In this document: in pieces, positions 1 to 12,519 of the stretch
Numbering within the stretch: position 1 is the first letter of the stretch
How the letters are laid out: every line of letters begins with the position of its first letter
Origin: Burkholderiales bacterium
GTDB taxonomy: Bacteria > Pseudomonadota > Gammaproteobacteria > Burkholderiales > SG8-39
Assembly: GCA_025458245.1 (NCBI GenBank)
Contig: JALOSW010000004.1
Location: 1-50,294, forward strand
Length of the DNA: 50,294 nucleotides
Reading direction: 5' to 3'
Translations under genes and position numbers: made by a program
The notes under the pieces: model-generated
Databases searched by the model: none
The model's input: the letters and a program-made list of their open reading frames with translations, nothing else
Told to the model about the DNA's origin: nothing

Positions 1-25
1 TGAGGGCTCTGCTGATCGAGCGCAT
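1..25 (-). CDS. guaB: 5' end of a gene leaving the window, probably IMP dehydrogenase
   Basis: Minus strand from ATG at 25 reads MRSISRAL, resembling the betaproteobacterial GuaB start (MRxIxKALTFDD). A TATAAT lies upstream and guaB commonly flanks DUF4124-rnfH-ratA-smpB. Only 8 codons are visible. Confidence 0.4.
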
Positions 26-49
26 GACCGTGGACCCGCGCAAAAGCGA

Positions 50-55
50 ATTATA
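50..55 (-). promoter_or_regulatory. sigma70 -10 element for the leftward gene
   Basis: Perfect TATAAT on the minus strand about 25 nt upstream of the ATG at 25, in a GC-rich background. Confidence 0.45.
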
Positions 56-167
56 CACGCGGCCTTTGCGGCTCCCGGAACTGCCGCACGCTGGCGCGCT
101 GCGGCGCGTTGACGGGTCTAGGGAAACTCGATATCGTCGATCGCGCCCCTAGCCCCAGGACAACTCC

Positions 168-650
168 ATGAAGCGTCTGGCTTTTTTTGCGATGCTCGCG
201 ATCCTCGCCCTGCCCGCGGCGGCTCAGCAGTACAAGTGGAAGGACGCCAGCGGACGCACGCAATACGGGGACATCCCGCCGCCCGGCGTTCAGGCCGAAA
301 GGCTGTCGCGCTCGAACGTCGGCACCGTGAGCGGCGGCGCGTCGAGCGCTGCGGCGGGCGACGCCGCGAAGCCGCCTTCCGGGCCGAAGTCGGTCTCCGA
401 GCAGGAGCAGGAGTTCCGCAAGCGCCGCATGGAAGCCGAGGAAAAGCAGAAGAAGGACGACAAGCTCGCGCAGGAGTCGCGCCTCAAGCAGGAGAACTGC
501 ACCCGCGCGAAGCAGCAACTCGCGTCGCTCGACTCGGGCATGCGGCAGATGCGCATCAACGACAAGGGCGAGCGCGAGTTCCTCGACGACGCGCAGATCG
601 AAGCGCAGAAGGCCGATGCCCGCCGCGCCGTGTCGGAGTGGTGCCGCTAG
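168..650 (+). CDS. DUF4124 domain-containing exported protein
   Basis: Signal peptide followed by YKWKDASGRTQYGDIPP (the YKWxDxxGxxxYxDxPP pattern), a coiled segment and a Cys pair; AGGA upstream. Confidence 0.85.
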   Translation: MKRLAFFAMLAILALPAAAQQYKWKDASGRTQYGDIPPPGVQAERLSRSNVGTVSGGASSAAAGDAAKPPSGPKSVSEQEQEFRKRRMEAEEKQKKDDKLAQESRLKQENCTRAKQQLASLDSGMRQMRINDKGEREFLDDAQIEAQKADARRAVSEWCR

Positions 651-695
651 AACCGCGAGCCGCGTGCAGCGCGTTCGCCCCGCGGCGTTCGCACC

Positions 696-1013
696 CTAGC
701 CGCGGCTCTTCTGTCCGACTGTCCGGCGCGGGGAATTGATCCGCGCGCGGCGCGCGTCCTTCGGATCGGCCACCAGCGGCCGATATATCTCGACCCGATC
801 CCCCTCCTCGACGGCGGCGTCGGGACCCGCCAGCCGGCTCCAGATGCCGACGCGATTGCGCGCGAGGTCGATCTCCGGATGCCATTGGAGCACGCCGCTC
901 GCTTCGATCGCGCTTCTCACGGTCGCGGGCTCGGGAATCTGCACACGCCGAACGAACGCGCCGCCCGGATGCGCGTACGCCACCTCGACGGCAATGCTCC
1001 GGCCGGGTTTCAT
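696..1013 (-). CDS. rnfH: RnfH/RatB family ubiquitin-like protein
   Basis: VEVAYA...TVRSAIEASG...GDRVEIYRPLVADPKDARRAR motifs; ATG at 1013 overlaps the ratA stop (ATGA). Confidence 0.9.
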   Translation of the reverse strand: MKPGRSIAVEVAYAHPGGAFVRRVQIPEPATVRSAIEASGVLQWHPEIDLARNRVGIWSRLAGPDAAVEEGDRVEIYRPLVADPKDARRARINSPRRTVGQKSRG

Positions 1014-1447
1014 GGCCGCGCGTGACACGCATCGGCTCGGCGCACGAACGCGTCGACCATGCTGTTCGCGATACCTTCGAACACGGGCCCGACGAGCCGC
1101 GCGAGCATCGGACTGGCGAGCTGATAGACGAGCCGCAACTCGACCTTCGAGGCGTCCTCCGCGAGCGGACGGAACTGCCATAGTCCTTCGAGCCGCCGGA
1201 ACGGACCCTCGACGAGCTTCATCGCGATCGACGCGTCGGGCTGCTTCACGTTCTCGGTGGTGAACGACTGCCTGACGCCGCGGTAGTCGATGTGGATGGT
1301 GGCGACGGTGCGCTCGGGATCGCGCAGCCGCACCTCGGTCGCGCGGCACCAGGGCAGGAACTGCGGATAGGCTTCGACATGCTCCACCAGCGCGTACATC
1401 GTTGCCGCGCCGTGGGCGACCAGTGCGGAGCGCTCGACCAGATCCAT
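1010..1447 (-). CDS. ratA: RatA/PasT START-domain (Coq10-like) protein
   Basis: [24 protein letters not shown] and [15 protein letters not shown] motifs; canonical position divergent from smpB. Confidence 0.92.
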   Translation of the reverse strand: MDLVERSALVAHGAATMYALVEHVEAYPQFLPWCRATEVRLRDPERTVATIHIDYRGVRQSFTTENVKQPDASIAMKLVEGPFRRLEGLWQFRPLAEDASKVELRLVYQLASPMLARLVGPVFEGIANSMVDAFVRRADACHARP

Positions 1448-1458
1448 CGCAGTGGGCT

Positions 1459-1467
1459 TGCTAGAAT
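1459..1467 (+). promoter_or_regulatory. extended -10 promoter candidate for smpB
   Basis: TG-C-TAGAAT ending 26 nt before the smpB ATG. Confidence 0.4.
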
Positions 1468-1493
1468 CGCGATGTTATCCGAAGCCCGCGTGC

Positions 1494-1940
1494 ATGAGCA
1501 TCGTCGAAAACAGGAAGGCGTTCCACGACTACTTCATCGAAGAGCGCTTCGAGGCCGGGCTCGTGCTCGAAGGCTGGGAGGCGAAGGCGATCCGTGCCGG
1601 GCGCGCCCAGCTCAAGGAGGCCTACGTGGTGGTGAAGGGCGGCGAGGTGTTCCTCATCGGCGCGCACATCAGCCCGCTCACGAGCGCCTCGACCCACGTC
1701 TCGCCCGATCCGGTTCGCACTCGAAAGCTGCTGCTGCACGGCGAGGAGATCCAGCGGCTGATCGGCAAGGTGGAGCGCGCGGGTTACACGCTCGTGCCGG
1801 TCAACCTTCATTACACGAAGGGCAGGATCAAGCTCGAGATCGGCCTCGCGCGCGGCAAGAAGCAGCACGACAAGCGGGAAACCGAGAAAAAGCGCGAGTG
1901 GGAGCGCGAGAAGGCGCGCCTGATGCGATCGAAGACGTGA
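1494..1940 (+). CDS. smpB: SsrA-binding protein SmpB
   Basis: [37 protein letters not shown] and GKKQHDKR motifs; ATG at 1494. Confidence 0.97.
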   Translation: MSIVENRKAFHDYFIEERFEAGLVLEGWEAKAIRAGRAQLKEAYVVVKGGEVFLIGAHISPLTSASTHVSPDPVRTRKLLLHGEEIQRLIGKVERAGYTLVPVNLHYTKGRIKLEIGLARGKKQHDKRETEKKREWEREKARLMRSKT

Positions 1941-1947
1941 GCGCGAC

Positions 1948-1970
1948 GGGCGCCGCGGGCCGCGGCGCCC
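1948..1970. terminator. GC hairpin between convergent smpB and ppsA
   Basis: Perfect 10-bp stem GGGCGCCGCG/CGCGGCGCCC with a 3-nt loop; no clear U-tract. Confidence 0.4.
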
Positions 1971-1971
1971 T

Positions 1972-4298
<2,327 letters not shown>

Positions 4299-4403
4299 CG
4301 TGCTGATCCGTTGCTGTTGAAGGGGGTCGGGAAACCCGATATTTTACCGGCAACGCTATTGCAACGCAGCACGGCCGAGCGGCCGATCGACGGAACTTTG
4401 CCG

Positions 4404-5231
4404 ATGCCTCATCGCAAGCGCACGGTCTTTTTCATCTCCGACGGGACCGGCATCACCGCGGAGACGCTCGGCCACAGCCTCCTCACCCAGTTCGAGGGCA
4501 TCAACTTCACTCAGGTGGTCATGCCGTTCATCGACTCGGTCGAGAAGGCCGAAGCGTGCCTCCCGCGGATCGCGCAGGCATTCGCGAGCGATGCGGTTCG
4601 GCCGATCGTCATCGCGACGCTGATCGACTCGGCCGTGCGGGAGACGCTGCGCCGGAGCGACGCGCTGCTCCTCGATTTCTTCGAGACGTTTCTGGTTCCG
4701 CTCGAGCGCGAGTTCGAGGCAAGCTCGACACGCGCGGTGGGCCGATCACACGGCGCGACGAACAGCAGCGATTACCTGCGGCGCATCGAGGCGATCAACT
4801 ACACGCTCGCGCACGACGACGGCGTCTCGAACCGGGACCTGGGCGACGCGGAGGTGATCCTGGTCGGCGTTTCGCGATCGGGCAAGACGCCGACCTGCCT
4901 CTACATGGCCCTGCAGTTCGGCATCAAGGCGGCGAATTATCCGCTCATTCCCGAGGACTTCGAGCGCGGCACGCTGCCGTCCGCGCTCGAGCCGCACATG
5001 AAGAAGCTCTACGGCCTCACCATCGGCGCCGAGCGGCTGGCGCGGATCCGTAACGAGCGCCGTCCCGACTCGAAGTATGCGAGCCTCGAGAACTGCCGCT
5101 ACGAGATCGAGCAGGCGGAGCGCCTGATGCACCGCCACGGCATCGCGTCGATCAACTCGACGAGCAAGTCGATCGAGGAGATCGCCACGAAGATCCTGCA
5201 GGACGTCAAGCTGGAGCGCCACGCCTATTGA
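4404..5231 (+). CDS. ppsR: PEP synthase regulatory protein (kinase/pyrophosphorylase)
   Basis: VFFISDGTGITAETLG, RIEAINYTLAHDDG and LVGVSRSGKTPTCLY motifs; divergent from ppsA. Confidence 0.95.
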   Translation: MPHRKRTVFFISDGTGITAETLGHSLLTQFEGINFTQVVMPFIDSVEKAEACLPRIAQAFASDAVRPIVIATLIDSAVRETLRRSDALLLDFFETFLVPLEREFEASSTRAVGRSHGATNSSDYLRRIEAINYTLAHDDGVSNRDLGDAEVILVGVSRSGKTPTCLYMALQFGIKAANYPLIPEDFERGTLPSALEPHMKKLYGLTIGAERLARIRNERRPDSKYASLENCRYEIEQAERLMHRHGIASINSTSKSIEEIATKILQDVKLERHAY

Positions 5232-6018
5232 GGCGAGGCGCTGCGGCCCGCTGCCGCACGCTCTCGAAAAGGCACACGGCGGCCGCGGCAGCGACGTTGA
5301 GCGATTCCGCATGACCGGGCATCGGGATGTGCGCGCGCACCGTAGCGCGCGCGGCGAGCGAGTCGGAGATCCCCGCGCCCTCGTTGCCCAGAATCCATGC
5401 GACCGGCCCGCGCAGGTCGACCTCGAACACCGAGGTGGGCGCGCCGAGTTCCGTCGCAACGACGCTGCCCCGGAAGCGTGCCGCGACCTCGTCCAACGCC
5501 GCGTTCTCGCGAATCGAGAGCGCAAAGTGCGCGCCCTGCCCGGCGCGCAGCACCTTCGGCGACCACGCGAAGGCAGAACCCTTCGACAGGAAGATCTCGC
5601 GGACGCCCGCAGCGGCCGCAGTCCGGAGGATCGAGCCGAGATTCCCGGCGTCCTGGATCTCTTCGAGAACAACGCAGTCGAACGGCGCGCGCGGGAGCGG
5701 CTCGGGCTCGGGAACCGTGACCCAGGCGAGGATCCCGACCGGGGTCGCCACCTGCGCGACGTCCGCGAAGAGCCGATCGTCCAGAATCGCGCGCCCGCGG
5801 GCCGCCACGCCATCGAGCAGGCGGCGCGCCTCGGGATGTGCGAGCCCGCTCTCGCTCGCGACCACTGCTTCCGCGACGCCGCCCCGGTCGGCGAATGCAG
5901 CGACGAGGTGCGGGCCGTCGAGCAGCGCCGCCCGTCGCTCGCGTCGCTCGCGCGACGACGTTGCGAGCCGGTGGAGGGTTCTGAAAAGCGGATTGTCGCG
6001 GGAGTGGACGCGCTTCAT
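5206..6018 (-). CDS. TrmH/SpoU family RNA methyltransferase
   Basis: SRDNP start, IQDAGNLGSILRTAAAAG, ILGNEGAGI and IPMPGHAESLNVAAAAAVCLFE SPOUT motifs; ATG at 6018 overlaps the senA stop. Confidence 0.93.
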   Translation of the reverse strand: MKRVHSRDNPLFRTLHRLATSSRERRERRAALLDGPHLVAAFADRGGVAEAVVASESGLAHPEARRLLDGVAARGRAILDDRLFADVAQVATPVGILAWVTVPEPEPLPRAPFDCVVLEEIQDAGNLGSILRTAAAAGVREIFLSKGSAFAWSPKVLRAGQGAHFALSIRENAALDEVAARFRGSVVATELGAPTSVFEVDLRGPVAWILGNEGAGISDSLAARATVRAHIPMPGHAESLNVAAAAAVCLFESVRQRAAAPRLNRRGAPA

Positions 6019-7295
6019 TCGCCCTTGGCGCAGGTGCGAAAGCCTGCGAAGACGTCGCCGCGATCCGGCGTAAAGAAGTTGCGCCACGTGGCGCGCAGCA
6101 TGCGCCGCGGCGACGCGAAGCTGCCGCCGCGGAGAACCTTGCGGGTTCCGAACCAGGGCTGCGAATAGTCCTCGTACGGGTCGGGCGCGAACCCCGGGTA
6201 GGCGAGGAAATCGCTGGCGGTCCATTCCCAAACGTTGCCCATCAACTGCCTCACGCCCTCGGGCGTGTCGCCCGCTGCGATCGCCGAGACCGGCGCGAGC
6301 GCTGCGCCTTCGAGGTTCGCGCGCTGCGCATCCGCTTGCGCAGGGCCCCAGGGGAAACGCCGCTTGTCGCTTCCCTGCGCGGCGAACTCCCACTCCGCCT
6401 CGGTGGGCAGACGCCGCCCGGCGAATCGACAGTACGCGTCGGCTTCGAACCAGTTGACGTGCGCGACGGGTTCGTCGTCGATCAGCGGCACCCAGCGATC
6501 GAACCGCCGCTGCTCCCATCCGTCGGGCGTGAGTCGCCAATAGCGTGGCCCCTCGTAGCCGGTCGCCGTGCGCCATCGCCAGCCCGCCTCGGACCAGAGG
6601 GAGCGCTGCGCATAGCCGCCCGCCTCGACGAACCGGTTGAACTCGCGGTTGGTCACGGCGAGTCGGGCCATGCGGAACGGCGCCACCCGGACCGGATGCG
6701 CCCATTTCTCGTTGTCGTGGACGAACCCGCTGTCTGGAGACGCGCCGAGCGTGAACTCGCCGCCGGCGAAGACTGCGTCGCCCGCCTCGCCGCCCGCCGT
6801 CGGCCGATGCGCGTCGGCGTCCAGTGCCGGCGCCGGATAACCGAGCGTCTGACGCATGTAGTGAAACGCTTCGCAATGCATGTCCTCGTGGGCCGCGGAG
6901 AGTTCCGCGAAATAGACGAGGCGCGGCTCGACGCGCGTGTCGAGCGCGTCGAGGACGTGCCCGAGCACTTCGGCGAGATAGCGGCGCGTTCGCACGAGAT
7001 CGGCGAGCGGCAGGTGCCAGCGGGTCCAATGCGCGACCGCGCTCGAGTCGTACAACGCGTCGGCGCCGTCGAGAAGGCTCGGCCCAAGCGTTCCGTCGTC
7101 GCGCAGGCGCACGCACCAGCGCTCCTGGAACCAGGCCACGTGGCCGAGTTCCCAGAGGAAGGGGTTGACGATGTCGAGCTTCGGCCCGAACAATTGCGCG
7201 CCGCCGACGTCGCGGGTGAGTGCGTCGAGCCGCGCGCGTGCCGCGACGAGGTGTTCGCGCGCGCGCCCGGGATCGAGAGAAGGAAAGCGGTCCAT
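6015..7295 (-). CDS. senA: selenoneine synthase SenA (EgtB-like DinB + FGE-sulfatase non-heme iron enzyme)
   Basis: IVNPFLWELGHVAWFQERW and HEDMHCE provide the three-His metal site; YDSSAVAHWTRW; C-terminal FGE-sulfatase motifs RLPTEAEWE, GNVWEW, RGGS, RNFF, GFR. Adjacent to a SenB-type glycosyltransferase. Confidence 0.85.
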   Translation of the reverse strand: MDRFPSLDPGRAREHLVAARARLDALTRDVGGAQLFGPKLDIVNPFLWELGHVAWFQERWCVRLRDDGTLGPSLLDGADALYDSSAVAHWTRWHLPLADLVRTRRYLAEVLGHVLDALDTRVEPRLVYFAELSAAHEDMHCEAFHYMRQTLGYPAPALDADAHRPTAGGEAGDAVFAGGEFTLGASPDSGFVHDNEKWAHPVRVAPFRMARLAVTNREFNRFVEAGGYAQRSLWSEAGWRWRTATGYEGPRYWRLTPDGWEQRRFDRWVPLIDDEPVAHVNWFEADAYCRFAGRRLPTEAEWEFAAQGSDKRRFPWGPAQADAQRANLEGAALAPVSAIAAGDTPEGVRQLMGNVWEWTASDFLAYPGFAPDPYEDYSQPWFGTRKVLRGGSFASPRRMLRATWRNFFTPDRGDVFAGFRTCAKGE

Positions 7296-7373
7296 GGGAA
7301 AGTTCCGGTGGGAGCGTCGCCGAGTCTAACCGACGAAGCCTGCCGGGCGCAGGGCGAGATCGAGGACATCCGA

Positions 7374-8345
7374 ATGCAGATCGCGATCGTGATGCCGACG
7401 GCGACCAGCCGCCGGACGGGAAACCGGCGCACCGCCGCGCGCTACGCGGCGTTCCTGCGCGCGGACGGGCACCACGTTCGCGTCGGCGAGCGTTGGGACG
7501 GGAAGCGCACCGATCTCCTGATCGCCCTGCACGCGAGAAAAAGCTTCGCTTCGATCGCCGAGTACCGCGCCGCCCGTCCCTCGGGACCGCTGGTCGTCGT
7601 GCTCACTGGCACCGACCTCTATCGCGACATCCGCGCCGACCCCGATGCACGGCGCGCACTGGCGCTGGCAGACCGGCTGGTCGTGCTGCAGGAGATGGGC
7701 GTCGCGACCCTGCCGGAGCGCGTGCGCGCGAAGACGCGCGTCGTGTACCAATCGACGCCGGCTCCCGCGAAGGCCGCGAAGCCCAGGGATCGCTTCCGCG
7801 TCGTCGTCATCGGCCATCTGCGCGACGAGAAGGACCCGTTCCGCGCCGCGCTCGCGCTCGCGCATGTGGGTGCCGACGTGCCCATCGAAATCGTGCACGT
7901 CGGCGACGCACTCGACTCGACCATGGAAACGGAAGCGCGGCGCCTGATGCGGACCGACCCGCGCTATCGGTGGGTGGGGGGCGCGCCCCACGCGCGGACC
8001 TTGCGGTGGCTCGCGTCGAGCCACGCGATGGTGCTCTCGTCCCGGATGGAAGGCGGCGCGAACGTGATCTGCGAGGCGGCGCGTGCGGGAGTTCCCGTGC
8101 TCGCCTCGCGCGTCGCGGGTAACGTCGGCATGCTCGGGCGCAGCTATGGGGGGTATTTCCGTCTCGGCGACGCGCGCGCGCTGGCCCGGCTGCTGACCCG
8201 GTTCGCGCGGGAGGCCGAGTTCCGCCGCACGCTCGAGCGCAGCGTGCGGGCGAGCGCCCGCCGCTTCACCCCGGACGCCGAACATCGGGGCATCGCGCGC
8301 GTCGTCCGCGAGGCGGCACGCGCAGCGGGGCGTCGCTCGGACTAG
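7374..8345 (+). CDS. senB: selenosugar synthase SenB (TIGR04348-type GT-B glycosyltransferase)
   Basis: [41 protein letters not shown] and [14 protein letters not shown] motifs; GAGGA before ATG 7374; stop overlaps the rnhB stop (CTAG). Confidence 0.88.
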   Translation: MQIAIVMPTATSRRTGNRRTAARYAAFLRADGHHVRVGERWDGKRTDLLIALHARKSFASIAEYRAARPSGPLVVVLTGTDLYRDIRADPDARRALALADRLVVLQEMGVATLPERVRAKTRVVYQSTPAPAKAAKPRDRFRVVVIGHLRDEKDPFRAALALAHVGADVPIEIVHVGDALDSTMETEARRLMRTDPRYRWVGGAPHARTLRWLASSHAMVLSSRMEGGANVICEAARAGVPVLASRVAGNVGMLGRSYGGYFRLGDARALARLLTRFAREAEFRRTLERSVRASARRFTPDAEHRGIARVVREAARAAGRRSD

Positions 8346-8944
8346 AAAAGCCCCCGCTGCCCCATGCCGCCCGCTTCGATCACGGCGCGCACCGGGGCGA
8401 ACGAACGGCGGTAGGCCTCGCATGGGCCGTGCCGGGCGAGCGCCTCGAGATGTTCGCGCGTCGGATAGCCTTTGTGCCTCTCGAATCCGTATTGGGGAAA
8501 ACGCTCGGCGAGCAGTGCCATTTCGGCATCGCGAGCGGTCTTCGCGAGGATCGACGCTGCCGAGATCGCCCTCACTCGCGCATCGCCGCCGACGATCGCA
8601 CGGGCGGGGATCGCCACGTTCGGCACGTGCAGTCCATCGACCCAGACTTCCGTCGGCGCGACGGCGAGTGCCTCGACGGCGCGCTTCATGGCGATCAGCG
8701 TCGCCTGGAGGATATTGATCCGGTCGATTTCCTCGACCGTCGCGGACGCGACGGCCCACGCAGCCGCGCGCTCGCGGATCGCGAGCGCCAGTTCGTCGCG
8801 GCGCGTCGCCGAAAGCTTCTTGGAGTCGTCCAGCCCCGGAATGCGCGCCCCGCGGCCGAGAATCACCGCGGCCGCGAACACCGGGCCCGCGATCGGCCCC
8901 CGACCGGCCTCGTCGACACCGCATGCGTGCGGGTCGATGTGCAC
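8342..8944 (-). CDS. rnhB: ribonuclease HII
   Basis: [29 protein letters not shown] and HKGYPT motifs; probable GTG start at 8944. Confidence 0.95.
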   Translation of the reverse strand: MHIDPHACGVDEAGRGPIAGPVFAAAVILGRGARIPGLDDSKKLSATRRDELALAIRERAAAWAVASATVEEIDRINILQATLIAMKRAVEALAVAPTEVWVDGLHVPNVAIPARAIVGGDARVRAISAASILAKTARDAEMALLAERFPQYGFERHKGYPTREHLEALARHGPCEAYRRSFAPVRAVIEAGGMGQRGLF

Positions 8945-8951
8945 CCTGCCC

Positions 8952-10151
8952 TCAGGCCGCCGCGGGCATCGTGCCGCGGTCGAGAAACGGCAGAAGCGCC
9001 GCGGCGGCACGCTCGCCTGTTCCCTGCCGAAGCGCTTCGTGAATCTGCGCGAAGCGGCCGGGCAGCGCTTCCATCACGGCACTGTCGCCGAGCAGATTGA
9101 GGAGGGCCTGCGCGATGTTCTCGGGCGTCGCGTCGTCCTGCAGGAGTTCAGGCACGAGAAACTCGCCGGCGAGGATGTTGGGCAGCGCCACATACGGAAT
9201 CCGCACGAGGCGCTTGGCGATGCCGTAGGAGACGCGGTTCGCCTTGTAGGTGACCACCATGGGCCGGCGCAGGAGGGCGGCTTCCAGCGTCGCCGTGCCG
9301 CTCGCAACGAGCGCCACGTCCGCGGCTGCGAGCGCGTCCTGCGCGTGCCCGAAGAGCAGATTGAACGGCAGATCGCGCGCGTCCGCTTTCCAGAGCGCTG
9401 TCTCGAAGATCTCGCGCGTCTCGCGAGTGACGAGCGGGACGAGCAGCCGCGCGTCGGGCCGCGCCGCGAGGATCAGCCGGCCGGTAGCGACGAAAAGCGG
9501 CGCGTGCTCGCGCAGCTCCACCTGCCGGCTTCCGGGCAGCATCGCGATCACAGGAGCACCTGCGGGCAGGCGCAGCGCCGCCCGCACGTCCGCGCGGTCG
9601 TAGACGAGCGGGATCTCGTCGGCCAGCGGATGGCCGACGTAGGTCACGGGAATCCCCGCGTCCCGGTAGATCGCCTCCTCGAAGGGAAACAGGACCAGCA
9701 TATGAGAGACCGATCGCCGGATCGTCTGGATGCGCCCGCTGCGCCACGCCCAGACGGAGGGACTCACGTACTGCGCCGTGGGAATCCCGTGCGCCTTGAG
9801 GCGCCGCTCGACCCCGAGGTTGAAGTCCGGCGAATCGATGCCCACGAACACGTCCGGCCGTGCGGCGCGCATGCGGCGAACCAGCGCGCGCCGGATCGCG
9901 AAAAGTTCGCGGAAATGCCGGATCACCTCGACGAAGCCGCGCACCGCGAGCTTCTCCTGCGGAAACCACGCGTCGAACCCCTGTGCCTCCATCATCGGCC
10001 CGCCGATGCCGAAGAACTCGGCGTCCGGCACGTAGCGCCGCAAGGCGGCGATCAGCCGGCTGCCGAGGAGGTCGCCCGACGCTTCCCCGGCCACGATGCC
10101 GACGCGCGGCGGACGGTTCGCGCTGCCGTGAGAACGCTGCGATGAAGCCAC
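8952..10151 (-). CDS. lpxB: lipid-A-disaccharide synthase
   Basis: [34 protein letters not shown] and ASGTATLE motifs; start approximate. Confidence 0.95.
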   Translation of the reverse strand: MASSQRSHGSANRPPRVGIVAGEASGDLLGSRLIAALRRYVPDAEFFGIGGPMMEAQGFDAWFPQEKLAVRGFVEVIRHFRELFAIRRALVRRMRAARPDVFVGIDSPDFNLGVERRLKAHGIPTAQYVSPSVWAWRSGRIQTIRRSVSHMLVLFPFEEAIYRDAGIPVTYVGHPLADEIPLVYDRADVRAALRLPAGAPVIAMLPGSRQVELREHAPLFVATGRLILAARPDARLLVPLVTRETREIFETALWKADARDLPFNLLFGHAQDALAAADVALVASGTATLEAALLRRPMVVTYKANRVSYGIAKRLVRIPYVALPNILAGEFLVPELLQDDATPENIAQALLNLLGDSAVMEALPGRFAQIHEALRQGTGERAAAALLPFLDRGTMPAAA

Positions 10152-10261
10152 GGAGTAATGCGGTTGAGCGATGATTTTCGGTGGAGGCTATGCGTGAACG
10201 GCGCGTTGCCCGGTCTGGAGGCGGCAACGACCGCCGCCATGCGACGTCGCTACCGGTCCCT

Positions 10262-11032
10262 CTACCTGATGATGCCGCGCGCCGCGGCGGCGAGGAACGC
10301 GAGCAGCGGCGCCACCTCGGGTACAGCGTCGTGCTCGCGCTCGATCTCTGCCCGCGCCTCTTCCAGCGTCAAGCCGGAGCGGTAGAGGCTGCGATACGCA
10401 CGCTTGATGGCGGCGATGCCCTCGGGCGTGAAGCCGCGCCGCTTCAGGCCCTCTGCGTTTATGCCGAACGGCTTGGCGGGATTGCCCGAGCACATCACGT
10501 AGGTGGGCACGTCCTGGAGCAGGATCGACCCCCCGCCCACCATCGCGTGGGCGCCGATGCGCACGAACTGGTGCACGCCCGCCATGCCGCCGAGAATCGC
10601 CCAGTCGCCGACGTGCACGTGGCCGGCGATCTGAGCGTTGTTCGCGAATATCGTGTTGCTGCCGACCTGGCAGTCGTGCGCGATGTGCACGTAGGCCATG
10701 ATCCAGTTGTCCGACCCCAGCCGCGTGGTGCCGGCGTCCTGCACCGTGCCCGTGTTGATGGTCGTGTACTCGCGAACCGTGTTGCGGTCGCCGATCTCGA
10801 GGCGCGTCGCCTCGCCGGCGTATTTCTTGTCCTGCGGCATGCCACCGATGGAGCAGAACTGGAACAGGCGGTTTTCGCGGCCGATGCGCGTGTGCCCCTC
10901 GACCACCACGTGGGGCCCGATCCAGGTGCCCTCGCCGATCTCGACATGCTCGCCGACGACCGAGTAGGCGCCCACGGAGACGCCGGCCGCGAGCCGCGCT
11001 CCCGGATGAACGATCGCGCTCGGGTGGATCAC
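10262..11032 (-). CDS. lpxA: UDP-N-acetylglucosamine O-acyltransferase
   Basis: IHPSAIV hexapeptide repeats, PQDKKY, HIAHDC and [12 protein letters not shown]; GTG at 11032 overlaps the fabZ stop. Confidence 0.96.
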   Translation of the reverse strand: MIHPSAIVHPGARLAAGVSVGAYSVVGEHVEIGEGTWIGPHVVVEGHTRIGRENRLFQFCSIGGMPQDKKYAGEATRLEIGDRNTVREYTTINTGTVQDAGTTRLGSDNWIMAYVHIAHDCQVGSNTIFANNAQIAGHVHVGDWAILGGMAGVHQFVRIGAHAMVGGGSILLQDVPTYVMCSGNPAKPFGINAEGLKRRGFTPEGIAAIKRAYRSLYRSGLTLEEARAEIEREHDAVPEVAPLLAFLAAAARGIIR

Positions 11033-11475
11033 AGCGGCCGTACCGCGCTCATCATGCGCGCCTCCGCCGCGAGTTCGCCGTCCACGTGCGCCTGCGCCGC
11101 GTACTTCTGAATTCCCCGCAAGGTCCGCTCGATCGTCGCGGTCAGGGTGAGCTGGTCCCCGGGAACGACGGGCCGCTTGAACCGCGCCTCGTCGATGCCG
11201 GCGAGATAGATCACCGTATTCGCAGGCGTGCCGTCCTTGTCCGCGGAGACGAGGCCCAGGATGCCCGCCGCCTGCGCCATCGCCTCGACGATCAGGACGC
11301 CCGGCATCACGGGATGGTGCGGGAAGTGCCCGGGGAAGAACGGCTCGTTGATGGTGACGTTCTTGAGCGCGACGATGCGCTTGCCCCGCTCGATCTCCAG
11401 CACGCGGTCCACGAGCAGGAACGGGTAGCGGTGCGGCAGTCGCGCGAGGATCTCTTTGATGTCCAGGTGGTTCAC
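11029..11475 (-). CDS. fabZ: 3-hydroxyacyl-ACP dehydratase
   Basis: [13 protein letters not shown] and [29 protein letters not shown] motifs. Confidence 0.97.
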   Translation of the reverse strand: MNHLDIKEILARLPHRYPFLLVDRVLEIERGKRIVALKNVTINEPFFPGHFPHHPVMPGVLIVEAMAQAAGILGLVSADKDGTPANTVIYLAGIDEARFKRPVVPGDQLTLTATIERTLRGIQKYAAQAHVDGELAAEARMMSAVRPL

Positions 11476-12512
11476 GAACTCTCCTCTGCGCTGTCGCCGT
11501 CACGCTCCAGGCGACGCACCCGCGCGGCGAGCGCGTCGAGGTTGCGTACCCAGACCGCGTTGCGCGTCCACGACCGGTTCTCCTCGAACGGGTAGACGCC
11601 AGTGTAGTGGCCCGGCTTCGCAATCGACTTGGCGATCAACGTGCCGCCTGAGATCACCGAGCCGTCGGCGATGCTGAGGTGCCCCGAGATCATCGCGGCG
11701 CCGCCGATCATGCAGTTTCGCCCGATCGACGTGCTGCCGGCGATGCCCACGCAGCCGGCGATGGCCGTGTGCGCGCCGATGCGGCAGTTGTGGCCGACCT
11801 GAATCTGGTTGTCGAGCTTGACGTCGTTCTCGATCACGGTGTCGTCGAGCGCGCCGCGGTCGATGGTCGTGTTCGCGCCGATCTCGACGTCGTCGCCGAT
11901 GACGACGCGGCCAATCTGGGGAATCTTGAACCAGCGCTCGCCGTCACGCGCGAAACCGAAGCCGTCCGCGCCGATGACTGCGCCGGAGTGGACCACGGCG
12001 CGTGCCCCGACGATGCAGCGGGCGTGAACGGTCACGCGTGCCGCCAGCCTGCTGCCGTCGCCGATCGAAGCCTCGTCACCCACATGGCAGCCCGGTCCGA
12101 GCGCCACGCCTGCGCCGATCACCGCGCCCTGCCCGACAGTGCAGTGCGGCCCGATGCAGGCGTCCGGCGCGACACGGGCATCGGCAGCGACCACGGCCGT
12201 GGGGTGAATGCCGGCGATCGACGGCGCGCCGGGGTTCAGGAACGCGACGATCTTCGCGAAATGGAGGTACGAGTCGTGCGCGAGGATCCGTGGCAGCCCG
12301 GTGGCGTCGCGCTCCGCCGGGGGAATCACGACGGCGGCAGCGCGCGTCGCCGCCAGCTCGGATCGATACTTGGGGTTTGCCAGGAACGAGAGGTCGGCGG
12401 GACCCGCGTTGCGGAGGGTCGCGACGCGCTCGATCTCCGTGTCCGGGTCGCCGACGAGCTCGCCGCCGAAGCGCTCGACGAGGTCGCGCAGCCGAACGCG
12501 CTTCACGGCCAT
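11472..12512 (-). CDS. lpxD: UDP-3-O-acylglucosamine N-acyltransferase
   Basis: [34 protein letters not shown] and DNQIQVGHN motifs. Confidence 0.96.
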   Translation of the reverse strand: MAVKRVRLRDLVERFGGELVGDPDTEIERVATLRNAGPADLSFLANPKYRSELAATRAAAVVIPPAERDATGLPRILAHDSYLHFAKIVAFLNPGAPSIAGIHPTAVVAADARVAPDACIGPHCTVGQGAVIGAGVALGPGCHVGDEASIGDGSRLAARVTVHARCIVGARAVVHSGAVIGADGFGFARDGERWFKIPQIGRVVIGDDVEIGANTTIDRGALDDTVIENDVKLDNQIQVGHNCRIGAHTAIAGCVGIAGSTSIGRNCMIGGAAMISGHLSIADGSVISGGTLIAKSIAKPGHYTGVYPFEENRSWTRNAVWVRNLDALAARVRRLERDGDSAEESS

Positions 12513-12519
12513 CGGCGCG

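Noticed and set aside
696-1447. ratA/rnfH as an accessory toxin-antitoxin module
   Set aside because: It is a conserved core pair next to smpB, and RatA is a Coq10-like START protein.
5206-6018. TrmH-family gene as the histidine methyltransferase of the sen pathway
   Set aside because: It is a SPOUT-fold RNA methyltransferase and the usual neighbour of rnhB/ppsR. EgtD-type enzymes have a different fold.
10152-10261. 110-nt lpxA-lpxB gap as a small RNA or small ORF
   Set aside because: It has only a short CGTTGCC/GGCAACG stem and no promoter-terminator pair, and the lpxB start is uncertain.
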